Part shown: positions 33,511 to 43,819 of the stretch, piece by piece
How the letters are laid out: each line of letters starts with the position of its first letter
Numbering within the stretch: position 1 is the first letter of the stretch
Assembly: GCA_035695045.1 (NCBI GenBank)
Contig: DASSEX010000028.1
Coordinates: forward strand, 27,504-91,503
Reading direction: 5' to 3'
From: Mycobacteriales bacterium
GTDB taxonomy: Bacteria > Actinomycetota > Actinomycetes > JAFAQI01
DNA: 64,000 nucleotides
The notes under the pieces: generated by a model
The model's database searches: none
Told to the model about the DNA's origin: nothing
Seen by the model: only the letters and a program-made list of their open reading frames with translations
Program-made: the position numbers and the translations under genes

Positions 33511-35000
33511 GCAGCACGCTGCTGGACGCGGCGCGCCGCTCGCGCGGGCTGGCGGCGCTGCGCCCCGGCCGACCCGTCGACCTGCTGGTCGTGGGCGGCG
33601 GCGTCACGGGCGCCGGCGTGGCTCTGGACGCGGCATCGCGCGGGTTGCGCGTCGTGCTCGTCGAGCGCGGCGACCTCGCGAGCGGCACCAGCCGCTGGTC
33701 GAGCAAGCTGGCGCACGGCGGACTGCGTTACATCGCGGCCGGCCAGATCGGCGTCGCCTGGGAGTCCGCGGTCGAGCGCAACCGGCTGTTCCGCTCGATC
33801 GCCCCGCACCTCGTCCAGCCGATGACGTTCGTGATCCCCTCACCTCCCGCCGTGCGCTCGCGCGAGCGTCTCGTCGGGCGGATCGGCATGGGTATCGCCG
33901 ACACGCTGCGAGCCGCCAGCCGGACTCCGGCCGTGCTGCCGTCGACGCGTTGGATCAGCAGTGACGAGATGCGCACGATGCTTCCGGTCCTGCAGGACCG
34001 GCGCGAAGCGGTCCTTCACGTCGACGGCTCGCTCGAGGACGACGCGCGCCTCGTCGTCGCGATCGCGCGCACCGCGGCGTCGTACGGCGCCGAGATCCTC
34101 ACGCACTGCAGCGCGCGCGACGTGCGGGCGACGGGCGCGACGGTCGTCGACGAGCTGACCGGCGACACGACGGACGTCGATGCCCGTTGCGTCGTCGTCG
34201 CGGCCGGTGTGTGGTCAGGCGGCCTGGTTGCCGACGTGCCGCTCCAGCCCAGCAGGGGAGCGCATCTGCTGTTGCGCGCCGAGTCGCTGGGCAACCCGTC
34301 GTGCGCGTTCAACATCCTCGTGCCGGGAACGCGCAACCGCTACGTGTTCGCGGTGCCGCGGCCGGACGGGACGGTGCAGGTCGGCCTGACCGACGATGCG
34401 GTCGACGTCATCGAGGACGAGCCTGAAGTCACTGCGACGGACGAGACGTTCCTCTTGGAGACGCTGTCGAGCGGGTTGACCCGTGACGTCACGGCCGATG
34501 ACGTGGTCGGGCGTTTCGCGGGACTGCGTCCGCTGCTGCGCAGCTCGGATCCACGCAACCCCGCGGACCTCTCGCGTCGGCACGCACTGCTCGACCGCGA
34601 CGGAGTCCTCGTCATCGTCGGCGGCAAGCTGACGACCTACCGCGCCATGGCCGAGGACACGGTCGACCGCGTCGCGAAGCGGCTCGACGCCGCCGGTGGT
34701 TGCCTCACCCGGACGTTGCCGCTCGTCGGTGCCGGACGGGTGGCCGACGCGGCCGGCCTGCCGCCCCGGCTGGTACGCCGATTCGGTGCGGAAGCTGCCC
34801 GGGTCGCAGCATGCGGGCCGGTCGAGCCGATGGCGGAGGGACTGCCGATGCTGAAGTGCGAGGTCGGTTGGGCGCTCGCCGCAGAAGGAGCCGTCACCGC
34901 CGAGGACGTCGAGCGCAGACTGCGGCTCGATCTCGTTCCGGCCTGGCGCGACGCAGCCCGCGGTTACGTGGAGGAGGCCGTCGACCGCGCTCCCAGGTGA
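33507..35000 (+). CDS. glpD: FAD-dependent glycerol-3-phosphate dehydrogenase
   Basis: 497 aa. Motifs DLLVVGGGVTGAGVALDAASRGLRVVLVERGDLASGTSRWSSKLAHGGLRY. The TetR plus FAD-oxidase neighbourhood is as I recall it in mycobacteria. Confidence 0.85.
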   Translation: MSSTLLDAARRSRGLAALRPGRPVDLLVVGGGVTGAGVALDAASRGLRVVLVERGDLASGTSRWSSKLAHGGLRYIAAGQIGVAWESAVERNRLFRSIAPHLVQPMTFVIPSPPAVRSRERLVGRIGMGIADTLRAASRTPAVLPSTRWISSDEMRTMLPVLQDRREAVLHVDGSLEDDARLVVAIARTAASYGAEILTHCSARDVRATGATVVDELTGDTTDVDARCVVVAAGVWSGGLVADVPLQPSRGAHLLLRAESLGNPSCAFNILVPGTRNRYVFAVPRPDGTVQVGLTDDAVDVIEDEPEVTATDETFLLETLSSGLTRDVTADDVVGRFAGLRPLLRSSDPRNPADLSRRHALLDRDGVLVIVGGKLTTYRAMAEDTVDRVAKRLDAAGGCLTRTLPLVGAGRVADAAGLPPRLVRRFGAEAARVAACGPVEPMAEGLPMLKCEVGWALAAEGAVTAEDVERRLRLDLVPAWRDAARGYVEEAVDRAPR

Positions 35001-35452
35001 CGCCGGCGGATGCGCAGCGGGACGACGAAGAACCACGTCGTCCAGTAGGCCCCCATCGCGACGGCGAGAACCGCGCCGACGGCGTGGCCGTAGAGGTAGT
35101 CGCCGATGAGGAAGACGCTCGCAGCGACGGCGAGGATCAGCACGATCTGTCCGCCGAGGGTCACCCGCGTCGAGGTCTCGACCAGCTCCTTCTTCAAGCC
35201 GTGCCGGAACAGGATGCGGTGCATCGCAGCCGGGGCGATCAGCATGGCCGCAGACAGTCCGGCCAGCAGCAGCGCCGCGAAGTAGACGCCTCGCTGGAAC
35301 TCGCTGACCTTCTGGAAGCCGTTGCTGAACGGCACGGTCAGCAAGAATGCGAAGAGGATCTGGGTCCCGTTCTGCGAGACCCGCAGCTCCTGAAGGAGGT
35401 CATCGAAGTTGCGATCGAGCCGCTCGGCTTCGCTCTCTTCGCCGGACCCCAC
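34964..35452 (-). CDS. DUF6328-like membrane protein
   Basis: 162 aa. N-terminal ERLDRNFDDLLQELRVSQNGTQILFAFLLTVPF is followed by 3-4 TM helices. It overlaps the glpD end by 37 nt in convergent orientation. Confidence 0.6.
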   Translation of the reverse strand: MGSGEESEAERLDRNFDDLLQELRVSQNGTQILFAFLLTVPFSNGFQKVSEFQRGVYFAALLLAGLSAAMLIAPAAMHRILFRHGLKKELVETSTRVTLGGQIVLILAVAASVFLIGDYLYGHAVGAVLAVAMGAYWTTWFFVVPLRIRRRHLGARSTASST

Positions 35453-35467
35453 GGCCGCCCCTTAGCG

Positions 35468-35962
35468 TCAGCTGATGCCGGCGGTGTCCTCGACCGCTCG
35501 GGTCTGTCCGGGCCATCCTCGCAGCCGGGTCTGCACCGCGTGCATCGCCATCCGTAGCTCTTCGTCGTCGTCGCGCGTGATCGTGGCGACGGGACGAAGC
35601 CGCCGGCCGGACGCGTGCAGGGTGAGCGTCTCCGGGGAGAAGACGCCCCATACGAGTAGCCGCAAGGGCAGCCCGGACGGCGTACGGGAGATCTCGTCGA
35701 TGTCGAACCACGCGACGTCGGCCTCGTAGAGCACGCCGCGGATGTGCAGGCCGTCCTCGCTGACGACCACCTTGGCGGTGAGCAACCGGTAGGCCACCCA
35801 CGCCGAGATCGCGACACCGGCCGCCGCCACGAGCCGGAGCCACGTGGGCGGAGTGCCGATCGTCAGCAGCCGGACCGAGAGCACGACGACGATCGCCGGG
35901 ATGAGCGCCAGCACGCGTGCGCCGATGCGGTCGCGGATGACGATGTCGTCCATGCTGCTCAC
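35468..35962 (-). CDS. membrane-anchored bacterial PH-domain-like protein
   Basis: 164 aa. Two N-terminal TM helices are followed by a soluble domain (VVVSEDGLHIRGVLYEADVAWFDIDEI). Confidence 0.5.
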   Translation of the reverse strand: MSSMDDIVIRDRIGARVLALIPAIVVVLSVRLLTIGTPPTWLRLVAAAGVAISAWVAYRLLTAKVVVSEDGLHIRGVLYEADVAWFDIDEISRTPSGLPLRLLVWGVFSPETLTLHASGRRLRPVATITRDDDEELRMAMHAVQTRLRGWPGQTRAVEDTAGIS

Positions 35963-36046
35963 TCGGAGATGATCGGTGGGACAGACTCTGCGGCGAAGCG
36001 ATTCCGGGAGAATTGGGCCGAACGGCCGATGGGTTGCCGGCCCGAG

Positions 36047-37276
36047 CTAGCGGATGTAGACCCCGCTGATGGCCCGTGAGATGACCAGACGCTGGATCTC
36101 CGACGTGCCCTCGAAGATCGTGTAGATCTTCGCGTCGCGGTGCATCCGCTCGACGGGGTACTCGCGGGTGTAGCCGTTGCCGCCGAGGATCTGGATGGCC
36201 TGCTCGGTCACCCACACCGCCGTCTCGCCCGCGAACAGCTTGCACTGCGAGCCTTCGGCGGCCTCGAAAGTCTTTCCCTGCCGCGCCATCCAGGCCGCGC
36301 GCCAGACCAGCAGCCGCGACGCGTCGATGCGCGTCTTCATGTCGGCCAGCTTGAACGCGATGCCCTGGTTCTCGATGATCGGTCGGCCGAACTGCTCGCG
36401 GGTCTTCGCGTAGTCCAGGGCGACCTCGTAGGCAGCGCGCGCGATACCGACCGCCTGGGCGCCGACGGTCGGTCGGGTCCGCTCGAACGTCGCCATCGAC
36501 GGCTGCGACCGGCCGGTGCGCATGCCTTCGCGTGCGCGGTTGAGGCGGTCGTCGAGCTTCTCCTTGCCGCCCAGGAGGTACTTGCCGGGCAGCCGTACGT
36601 CGTCCAGGACGACCTCAGCCGTGTGGGAGGCGCGGATGCCGTGCTTCTTGAACTTCTGGCCCTGCTTGAGCCCCTTGCCCTTGAACTCCGGCGGCACGAC
36701 GAAGGATGCCTGGCCGCGGGTGCCGAGCGACGGGTCGACCGACGCGACGATGACGTGCCAGTCGGCGATGCCGCCGTTGGTCGCCCAGGTCTTGGTGCCG
36801 TTGAGCACCCACTCGTCCTTGGCCTCGTCGTAGATCGCGCGCGTCTTCATCGCGCCGACATCGCTGCCGGCGTCCGGCTCGGAGGAGCAGAACGCGCCGA
36901 GCTTCGGCTCCTCGGCGTCGCCGTACATCGGCGGGATGAACTCGCCGATCTGCTCGTTGGTGCCGTTGGCGCTGATGGCCGCGGCGGCGAGCCCGGTGCC
37001 CATGATGGCGAGGCCGATGCCGGCGTCACCCCAGAACAGCTCCTCCTGGGCGATGACCATGCCGAGGCCGCTCTCGTCGAACCACTGCGAAGCCATGAAG
37101 TCGAGCGAGTAGATGCCGGCCTTCGCGGCTTCCTTGATGACGGGCCACGGTGTCTCCTCCCGCTCGTCCCATTCATGAGCGGCGGGCCGGATGACCTCGG
37201 CGGCGAACTCGTGCAGCCACTTCTGCAGCTCGCGCTGGTCCTCGTTGAGATCGAGCGAGAAAAGGGTGTCGGCCAT
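36047..37276 (-). CDS. acyl-CoA dehydrogenase
   Basis: 409 aa. Motifs [25 protein letters not shown] and [34 protein letters not shown]. Confidence 0.9.
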   Translation of the reverse strand: MADTLFSLDLNEDQRELQKWLHEFAAEVIRPAAHEWDEREETPWPVIKEAAKAGIYSLDFMASQWFDESGLGMVIAQEELFWGDAGIGLAIMGTGLAAAAISANGTNEQIGEFIPPMYGDAEEPKLGAFCSSEPDAGSDVGAMKTRAIYDEAKDEWVLNGTKTWATNGGIADWHVIVASVDPSLGTRGQASFVVPPEFKGKGLKQGQKFKKHGIRASHTAEVVLDDVRLPGKYLLGGKEKLDDRLNRAREGMRTGRSQPSMATFERTRPTVGAQAVGIARAAYEVALDYAKTREQFGRPIIENQGIAFKLADMKTRIDASRLLVWRAAWMARQGKTFEAAEGSQCKLFAGETAVWVTEQAIQILGGNGYTREYPVERMHRDAKIYTIFEGTSEIQRLVISRAISGVYIR

Positions 37277-37282
37277 CCGCTC

Positions 37283-37307
37283 ATGGTGTTACCGTCGGTA
37301 ACGTCAT
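37283..37307. promoter_or_regulatory. palindromic operator candidate in the fadE/TetR divergent spacer
   Basis: atggt-GTTACC-gtc-GGTAAC-gtcat. The core 6-bp arms are perfect (37288-37302). The spacer between divergent starts at 37276 and 37332 is 55 nt. Confidence 0.5.
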
Positions 37308-37331
37308 GTCAAGCGGGCCAGCGAGGTAGGC

Positions 37332-37937
37332 GTGGACAAGGGCGACGAGCCGCTGAACGTCAAGCGCGAGCAGCTGCTCGACGCCGCCGACCGCGTGGTC
37401 CAGCGCGAGGGTTCCGCGGCATCGATGAACCTGATCGCGGCAGAGGCCGGGATCACCAAGCCGATCCTCTACCGACACTTCGGCGACAAGGTCGGCCTCT
37501 ACCGCGCGCTCGCCGACCGGCACATCGACGAGCTCCTCGGCCGGCTCCGGGCCGCTCTCGCCACCCGGGGAGGGCTGCAGGCGCGGACCCGTGCGACGGT
37601 CGACGCCTATCTCACCGCGGTCGAGCAACAGCCACAGGTCTACCGGTTCCTCGTCGAGCGCGCCGCGGCTGAGGAGCCGGATGTCCGCGGCCAGGTGCAG
37701 GGCTTCGTGCGACGGTTCGGTGACGAGCTCGCCGCCGGCATCGCGAGCGAACCGCAGCTGCAGGGCCTCGAGCAGGAGCGCGCGCTCGTGTGGGCGCACG
37801 CGATCGCAGGAATGGTGCAGGCGACGGGCGACTGGTGGCTGGACCATCCGGAGGTCCCACGGGCCGTCGTCGTCGACCAGCTGACCGCGTTGCTCTGGCA
37901 GGGGTTCACCGGCGTCCCCGAGCGCGTGCAGCAGTAA
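37332..37937 (+). CDS. TetR-family transcriptional regulator
   Basis: 201 aa. HTH segment SMNLIAAEAGITKPILYRHFGDK. Confidence 0.85.
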   Translation: MDKGDEPLNVKREQLLDAADRVVQREGSAASMNLIAAEAGITKPILYRHFGDKVGLYRALADRHIDELLGRLRAALATRGGLQARTRATVDAYLTAVEQQPQVYRFLVERAAAEEPDVRGQVQGFVRRFGDELAAGIASEPQLQGLEQERALVWAHAIAGMVQATGDWWLDHPEVPRAVVVDQLTALLWQGFTGVPERVQQ

Positions 37938-37966
37938 GTCTCCCCGCGAGGGGTACGTTCTCGCGC

Positions 37967-39433
37967 ATGCTCCAGCGGCTCGCCGATCGACTACGTGCCG
38001 CGGATGTGCAGTTGTTCACGCAAGCGGCGACGACTCACAACGACGCGCTTGACGCCGTACTGCCGAGGCTGACCCGGGCGGCCGACCACGGCATCCTCTG
38101 GCTCGGTGTCGCCGCAGCGCTCGCCGCGTCGGGACGCACCGGCCGCCGTGCGGCGGCTCGCGGGCTCACGTCGCTGGCCGTCTCGAGCGCGGTCGTCAAC
38201 GGCCCGGCGAAGTGGGTGTTCCGCCGGAGTCGACCGGACCACACGCTGGTGCCCGCGTTGCGACAGCTGCGGCGCCAGCCCCGCACCACGTCGTTCCCGA
38301 GCGGCCACTCCGCATCGGCGGCGGCTTTCGCGACGGGCGTCGCGCTGCAGGCTCCGGCCATCGGTGTGCCGATCGCGGTGGTGGCGGCCGCGGTCGCCTA
38401 CAGCCGGGTGCACACCGGTGTTCATTACCCGTCCGACGTCGTTGTCGGCGCGGCGATGGGCGCCGGCGCGGCGGTTGCGCTCCGCCGCGCGTGGCCGGTC
38501 GCGCCGGAACGACCGGCGACGACACAGGCGTCGACCCGCGCCATCCCCGACCTCGGCGACGGCGACGGACTGGTCCTGGTCGTCAACGAAGGGGCCGGTC
38601 GAGGGAGTGCCCGCCCGGTCAGCGAGATCGTGTCCGAGCGGCTGCCTGCAGCCGAGATCGTCGTCACCGAGGAGACCGACGACGTCACCAAGTGTCTGCA
38701 CGAGGCCGCACGTCGGGCGCGGGTGCTTGGCGTCGCCGGTGGCGATGGCACGGTCGCCGCCGCGGCCACGGTCGCGGTGGAGGAGGACGTGCCGCTGGCC
38801 GTGTTCCCGGCGGGCACCCTCAACCACTTCGCGCACGAGCTCGGCATCGAGTCGCCGGAGGACACGATCGAGGCGCTCAGGACCAGGTCAGCAGGCGAAG
38901 TCGTCCTTGCCAGCGCCGACGAGACCGGCGAGGACCTGCTCTTCCTCAACACGTTCTCGCTGGGGGTCTATCCCGAGCTCGTCGAGCGCCGCGAGCGCCG
39001 CGAGCGGTGGCTCGGCAAGTGGGTCGCGCTCGCGGCCGCTCTCGTCGAGGTCCTCCAGCGCGCCGAGCCGCTCGAGCTTGAGATCGACGGGCAGGGCCGC
39101 TCGGTCTGGCTGCTCTTCGCCGGGAACGGCCGCTATCACCCGCCCGGCTTCGCGCCGTCCTGGCGGGAACGTCTCGACGACGACTGCGTCGACGTCCGCA
39201 TCGTGGACGCCGACAAGCGGCTCGGCCGCTCTCGGCTGGTGTTCGCGGTCATGTCCGGGACACTCGGCCGCTGTCGCGTCTACGAGGAGCGTCTCGTCGA
39301 CCGGATGCGGATCCGGCTGGACGGCGAAGAGAGGCGGATGGCGCGCGACGGTGAGACGCATCCGGCGCCGGCCGAGCTGGTGCTTCGGCCCGCTGCGCGC
39401 CGGCTCGTCGTCTTCCGACCGGCGCCGGAGTAG
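37967..39433 (+). CDS. fusion protein: PAP2 phosphatase domain plus diacylglycerol/lipid kinase catalytic domain
   Basis: ATG at 37967. The PAP2 motifs are KWVFRRSRP, PSGHSA and SRVHTGVHYPSDV. The DAGK_cat pattern follows: LVVNEGAGRGS, GGDGTV and FPAGTLNHFA. The tracked ORF start at 37790 is rejected. Confidence 0.8.
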   Translation: MLQRLADRLRAADVQLFTQAATTHNDALDAVLPRLTRAADHGILWLGVAAALAASGRTGRRAAARGLTSLAVSSAVVNGPAKWVFRRSRPDHTLVPALRQLRRQPRTTSFPSGHSASAAAFATGVALQAPAIGVPIAVVAAAVAYSRVHTGVHYPSDVVVGAAMGAGAAVALRRAWPVAPERPATTQASTRAIPDLGDGDGLVLVVNEGAGRGSARPVSEIVSERLPAAEIVVTEETDDVTKCLHEAARRARVLGVAGGDGTVAAAATVAVEEDVPLAVFPAGTLNHFAHELGIESPEDTIEALRTRSAGEVVLASADETGEDLLFLNTFSLGVYPELVERRERRERWLGKWVALAAALVEVLQRAEPLELEIDGQGRSVWLLFAGNGRYHPPGFAPSWRERLDDDCVDVRIVDADKRLGRSRLVFAVMSGTLGRCRVYEERLVDRMRIRLDGEERRMARDGETHPAPAELVLRPAARRLVVFRPAPE

Positions 39434-39435
39434 CA

Positions 39436-39945
39436 GTGGACGGCCGGATCGAGCGCGCGATCCACACGTTCGTCCTGCATCACAGATGGATCGTCGATCT
39501 CGCCAGGATCCTGACCCATCTCGGGGACCCGGTCGTCGTGACCGTGCTGACCGTCGCTCTCGCCCTGCTGCTGTGGTGGCGCGGGGACCGACGAGGGGCC
39601 GTGTTCGTCGCGGCCACCAGGCTCCTGGCCGTCGTGGTGAGCAGTGTGGTCAAGGCGCTCGTACGGCGACACCGACCGGTGCTCGCCCACCCGCTGGCGC
39701 ACGCCCACGGGTACTCGTTCCCCTCCGGTCACGCGTTGGGCTCGGCCGCGCTCTGGGCATCAGTGGCCTTCGTCGCCGCCGCGCGCGGCCTCTCCCGCGG
39801 CCGCGCCGTGGCTCTCGCGGTGACGGTTCCGGTGGTGGTGGCCGCGACACGAGTGTTACTGGGTGTCCACTACGTGACGGATGTGATCGGCGGCCTGGTG
39901 CTGGGATGGGCCTGCGCTGCCATCTGCCGACGCCTCACCCCCTAG
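39436..39945 (+). CDS. PAP2-family membrane phosphatase
   Basis: 169 aa. Motifs KALVRRHRP, PSGHA and TRVLLGVHYVTDV. GTG lies 3 nt after the upstream stop. Confidence 0.8.
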   Translation: MDGRIERAIHTFVLHHRWIVDLARILTHLGDPVVVTVLTVALALLLWWRGDRRGAVFVAATRLLAVVVSSVVKALVRRHRPVLAHPLAHAHGYSFPSGHALGSAALWASVAFVAAARGLSRGRAVALAVTVPVVVAATRVLLGVHYVTDVIGGLVLGWACAAICRRLTP

Positions 39946-39996
39946 CATGGCGCCCGACCCCGCCGGGCTGACGCGCACACAGACAGGGACTCATTC

Positions 39997-40617
39997 ATGC
40001 GCTTGCGTCTCTCGCCGCAGGAGAACGTCTTCTACGAGCTGTTCACCTCCTCCGCGAACAACCTGCTCGACGGCGCGCACACGTTGCACGCCCTCATCAC
40101 CGGGCCGCGTGAACAGCGCGACGAGCTCAACTCGACGCTGCGCGACGAGGAGCACCGTGGGGACGACAAGACCCACAGCATCCTGCGCGAGGTCAACTCG
40201 ACGTTCGTCACGCCGATCGACCGCGAGGACATCTATCGGCTGGCGAGCCGCCTCGACGACGTCATGGACTTCTTCGAGGCCGCGGGCGACCTGATCGTCC
40301 TGTACGACCTCGACACGTTGCCGCAGGAGATGCACCAGCTTGCGGAGATCCTGGTCCGCGCAGCGGAGCTCACGGCGCAGGCGATGCCGCGTCTCAAGTC
40401 GCTGAAGAACCTGAGTGACTACTGGATCGAGATCAACCGGCTCGAGAACGAGGCCGACAAGCTCTACCGCCGCTTCGTCGCCCGTCTGTTCGGCGGTGAC
40501 TTCGACGCACTGACCGTCCTCAAGCTCAAGGAGGTCGCTGAGCAGCTCGAGGCAGCCGCGGACGCGTTCGAAAACGTCGCGGACACCGTCGAGACGATCG
40601 CCGTCAAGGAGTCCTGA
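39997..40617 (+). CDS. DUF47 / PhoU-like phosphate transport regulator (Pit accessory protein)
   Basis: 206 aa. Motifs VFYELF, REDIYRLASRLDDVMD and ENEADKLYRR. It lies directly upstream of pit. Confidence 0.85.
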   Translation: MRLRLSPQENVFYELFTSSANNLLDGAHTLHALITGPREQRDELNSTLRDEEHRGDDKTHSILREVNSTFVTPIDREDIYRLASRLDDVMDFFEAAGDLIVLYDLDTLPQEMHQLAEILVRAAELTAQAMPRLKSLKNLSDYWIEINRLENEADKLYRRFVARLFGGDFDALTVLKLKEVAEQLEAAADAFENVADTVETIAVKES

Positions 40618-40624
40618 GCAAGGC

Positions 40625-41629
40625 GTGGAGACACTCGGACTCGTCGTCCTCATCGTCGTTGCGCTGGGGTTCGACTTCACCAATGGCTTCCACGACGCCG
40701 CGAACGCGATCGCGACGTCGGTCTCGACACGCGCGCTCACCCCACGAGCGGCACTGGCACTGGCGGCGGTGTTCAACCTCGCCGGGTCTCTGGTGTCCGT
40801 GAAGGTCGCGAACACGGTGGGCAGCATCATCGACGCCCCCGAGACCAGTCATGGTCTCGTCGTCGTGTTCGCAGCCGTCGTCGGCGCGATCGTCTGGAAC
40901 CTGATCACGTGGTACTTCGGCCTGCCCTCCTCGTCGTCGCACGCACTGATCGGCGGCCTGGTGGGCGCTGCGCTCGCATCCGGCTCGGTTGTGCACTGGG
41001 CGAAGATCATCCAGAAGGTCGTCATCCCGATGATCGTCTCGCCGGTGGTCGGCTTCATCGGTGCGTTCCTCTTGATGCTCATCATCCTGTGGCTGTTCCG
41101 CCGCGCCAACCCGAGCCGGGCAAGCCGCGGATTCAAGTACGGGCAGTGGGTCTCGTCCGCGGCCATGGCGTGGGGTCACGGCCTTCAGGACGCGCAGAAG
41201 ACGATGGGCGTCATCACCCTTGCGCTGCTCATCACGCACCACGTCTCACCGAGCGGCGAGTTCGCGGTCGTGCCGTTGTGGGTGAAGCTTGCCTGCGCCG
41301 TCGCCATCGCGGCCGGCACCTACAGCGGCGGCTGGCGCATCATGCGCACGCTGGGCCGCCGGGTGTTCAAGCTCGACAACAGCGCCGGGTTCACCGCGCA
41401 GGCAGTGGCATCCAGCGTCCTGATGACCACGGCGTACGTCTATGCCGCGCCGATCTCGACGACGCACGTCATCACCTCGTCGGTGATGGGAGTCGGCGCA
41501 ACCCGTAAGTTCTCGGCGGTGCGGTGGGGCGTTGCCGGCAACATCCTCGTCGCGTGGGTGCTGACGCTTCCGGCGGCCGGCCTGGTGGCGGCCGCGGCGT
41601 ACGCCGTCATCCATCCCTTTGTCGGCTGA
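40625..41629 (+). CDS. pit: inorganic phosphate transporter, PiT family
   Basis: 334 aa. Motifs GFDFTNGFHDAANAIATSV and PISTTHVITSSVMGVG, the PHO4 signature repeated at the N- and C-termini. Confidence 0.9.
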   Translation: METLGLVVLIVVALGFDFTNGFHDAANAIATSVSTRALTPRAALALAAVFNLAGSLVSVKVANTVGSIIDAPETSHGLVVVFAAVVGAIVWNLITWYFGLPSSSSHALIGGLVGAALASGSVVHWAKIIQKVVIPMIVSPVVGFIGAFLLMLIILWLFRRANPSRASRGFKYGQWVSSAAMAWGHGLQDAQKTMGVITLALLITHHVSPSGEFAVVPLWVKLACAVAIAAGTYSGGWRIMRTLGRRVFKLDNSAGFTAQAVASSVLMTTAYVYAAPISTTHVITSSVMGVGATRKFSAVRWGVAGNILVAWVLTLPAAGLVAAAAYAVIHPFVG

Positions 41630-41950
41630 TCAGCCTCGACGGCTCGGCGGAAGCTCCCGCGGTGGTTCGGCGGCGTACAGCGACGCCGCCTGGGGGGAGC
41701 GTTTTGGCGCTGCATTGGCCGCGACCACCGCGACCCACGGCAGGACGAGGGAGCCGGCGGCCGCGACGAAACCCGCCCACCGTGGGCCGACGGCGAAGAG
41801 GATGATCGCGGCGATGAAGCACAGCACGCGCAGGCCCATGGTCAGCAGATAGCGCCGTTCTCGTTCGCGCCTCTCCTGGCTGGCGCTCTTGCCCGCGGTG
41901 GTGACGAGCACGGGTTCGGATCTGCTCGCCATCGCTCCAGCATCCGCCAT
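41630..41950 (-). CDS. DUF3099-like small membrane protein
   Basis: 106 aa. ERRERERRYLLTMGLRVLCFIAAIILF is followed by a second TM helix and LPWVAVVAANA. Confidence 0.6.
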   Translation of the reverse strand: MADAGAMASRSEPVLVTTAGKSASQERRERERRYLLTMGLRVLCFIAAIILFAVGPRWAGFVAAAGSLVLPWVAVVAANAAPKRSPQAASLYAAEPPRELPPSRRG

Positions 41951-41986
41951 CGGGCGGAAGCGGCTCGTGGTCGGGTGCCGGTGCGC

Positions 41987-42763
41987 TCAGCCGAAGCGGC
42001 CCGTGATGTAGTCCTCGGTCCGCTTCTCGGCGGGATTCGTGAAGATCTTCTCGGTGCTGTCGACCTCGATGAGGCTTCCCGGTTCGCCCGGCCCCCGCAG
42101 CGTGAAGAAGGCCGTGACGTCCGACACCCGGGCCGCCTGCTGCATGTTGTGCGTGACGATGACGATGGTGTAGCGATCCTTGAGCTGGAAGATCAGGTCC
42201 TCGATGGCCAGCGTCGAGATGGGGTCGAGCGCGCTGCACGGCTCGTCCATCAGCAGCACCTGTGGCTCGACGGCGATCGCGCGGGCGATGCACAGCCTTT
42301 GCTGCTGGCCACCGGACAGCCCGGCGCCGGGCTTCTTCAAGCGGCCACGGACCTCGTCCCAGAGGTTGGCGTTGCGCAGGGAGCGCTCGACCGCGTCGTC
42401 CAGCTCGGACCGTCGCTTCATGCCGTTGAGGCGCAGTCCGGCGGCGACGTTGTCGTAGATGGACATCGTCGGGAAGGGGTTGGGCCGCTGGAAGACCATG
42501 CCGATCGTGCGTCGTACCGCCGACGGGTCGACGGCGGGGGCGTAGATGTCCTCGCCGTCGAGCAGCACCTTGCCCTGGATGTGCGCCCCGGGGATGACCT
42601 CGTGCATGCGGTTCAGCGCACGGAGGAAGGTCGACTTGCCGCAGCCCGACGGCCCGATGAAGGCCGTCACGGTCTTGGGCTCGATGGTGAGCGTGACGTC
42701 GTCCACCGCCTTGGCCGACCCGTAGAAGCACGAAAGCCCTACCGTCTCGATTCGCTTCGCCAT
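41987..42763 (-). CDS. pstB: phosphate ABC transporter ATP-binding protein
   Basis: 258 aa. Walker [10 protein letters not shown], signature LSGGQQQRL, Walker B LLMDEP, and the PstB-typical NRMHEVIPG. Confidence 0.95.
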   Translation of the reverse strand: MAKRIETVGLSCFYGSAKAVDDVTLTIEPKTVTAFIGPSGCGKSTFLRALNRMHEVIPGAHIQGKVLLDGEDIYAPAVDPSAVRRTIGMVFQRPNPFPTMSIYDNVAAGLRLNGMKRRSELDDAVERSLRNANLWDEVRGRLKKPGAGLSGGQQQRLCIARAIAVEPQVLLMDEPCSALDPISTLAIEDLIFQLKDRYTIVIVTHNMQQAARVSDVTAFFTLRGPGEPGSLIEVDSTEKIFTNPAEKRTEDYITGRFG

Positions 42764-42772
42764 GGCTTCGGA

Positions 42773-43819
42773 CTACCTCCTCGCGAGCGCGCTGCGCCCG
42801 GTGAGCAGACGCGCGGCGATGAAGAGCACCGCCACGATGGTGATCAGAGTCAGCGACGCGGCCCACGCGCGGTCGACGTCGAAGTTGCTGGACGACTTGG
42901 CGCCCTGGAAGATGAACAGCGGCAACGAGGCCTGGCCGCCGTGGAACGGGTCAGTGTTGATGAACGAGTTGTTGCCCGCGACGAGGAGCACGGGGGCTGT
43001 CTCGCCGGTCACCCGGGCGACCGCGAGCATGATGCCGGTCACGATGCCCGTCGACGCCGTCGGCAGCACGATGCGCAGGATGGTCCGCCACTTGGCGACG
43101 CCCAGTGCGTACGACGCCTCTCGCAAGGCGGCCGGGACCAGGCGCAGCATCTCCTCCGCCGAGCGGACCACGATCGGGAGCTCGAGGATGGCCAACGCCA
43201 TCGCCGCGGCGAAGCCGCTGAAGCCCTTGCCCAGCGCCAGCACCCAGAACGCGAGGACGAACAGGCCGGCGACGATCGAAGGGATGCCGGTCATCACGTC
43301 GATGAGGAAGCGGATCGCGGTGCCGAAGGCGCCGCGGCCGTACTCCGTGAGGTAGATGGCGACCAGCAGGCCCACCGGTACGGCCATCAGGCTGGCCAGC
43401 AGCACCTGCTCGGCGGTGCCGACGATGGCGTGGTAGATGCCGCCACCAGGAGATAGCGGCGTGACGCCGGCCATGGAGTGGGTGAGGAACGTGCCGCTGA
43501 TGCGCTTGAGCCCGCGCGAGATGGTGTAGCCGAAGGTCGTCCCCAGCGGAATGAGCGTCAGGACCAGCGCGAGGGTGACCGCGGTCGTGGCCAGGCGGTC
43601 GACCGCGCGGCGACGGCCTTCGACCAGCCACGTCGCGACCGTCAACGTCACCGTGCAGGCCAACGCCGTGACGACCAGGAGATCTGCGACTCCGGAGAGC
43701 GGGGTCACCGCGAAGGTCGCGACCGACAGTGCGGCGGCCCCCACCACCACCGCGAGCGGTGCCCATCGAGGCAGCCGTCGGCTGCTCAACGCCCCCTGCA
43801 TCGCTCCGCTGGTGCTCAT
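42773..43819 (-). CDS. pstA: phosphate ABC transporter permease PstA
   Basis: ATG at 43819 overlaps the pstC stop (ATGA). 348 aa. EAA-loop-like REASYALGVAKWRTILRIVLP. Confidence 0.9.
   Translation of the reverse strand: MSTSGAMQGALSSRRLPRWAPLAVVVGAAALSVATFAVTPLSGVADLLVVTALACTVTLTVATWLVEGRRRAVDRLATTAVTLALVLTLIPLGTTFGYTISRGLKRISGTFLTHSMAGVTPLSPGGGIYHAIVGTAEQVLLASLMAVPVGLLVAIYLTEYGRGAFGTAIRFLIDVMTGIPSIVAGLFVLAFWVLALGKGFSGFAAAMALAILELPIVVRSAEEMLRLVPAALREASYALGVAKWRTILRIVLPTASTGIVTGIMLAVARVTGETAPVLLVAGNNSFINTDPFHGGQASLPLFIFQGAKSSSNFDVDRAWAASLTLITIVAVLFIAARLLTGRSALARR

Noticed and set aside
41975-43456. 493-aa ORF on the plus strand
   Set aside because: It is antisense to pstB and pstA, which are unmistakable (Walker motifs, EAA loop).
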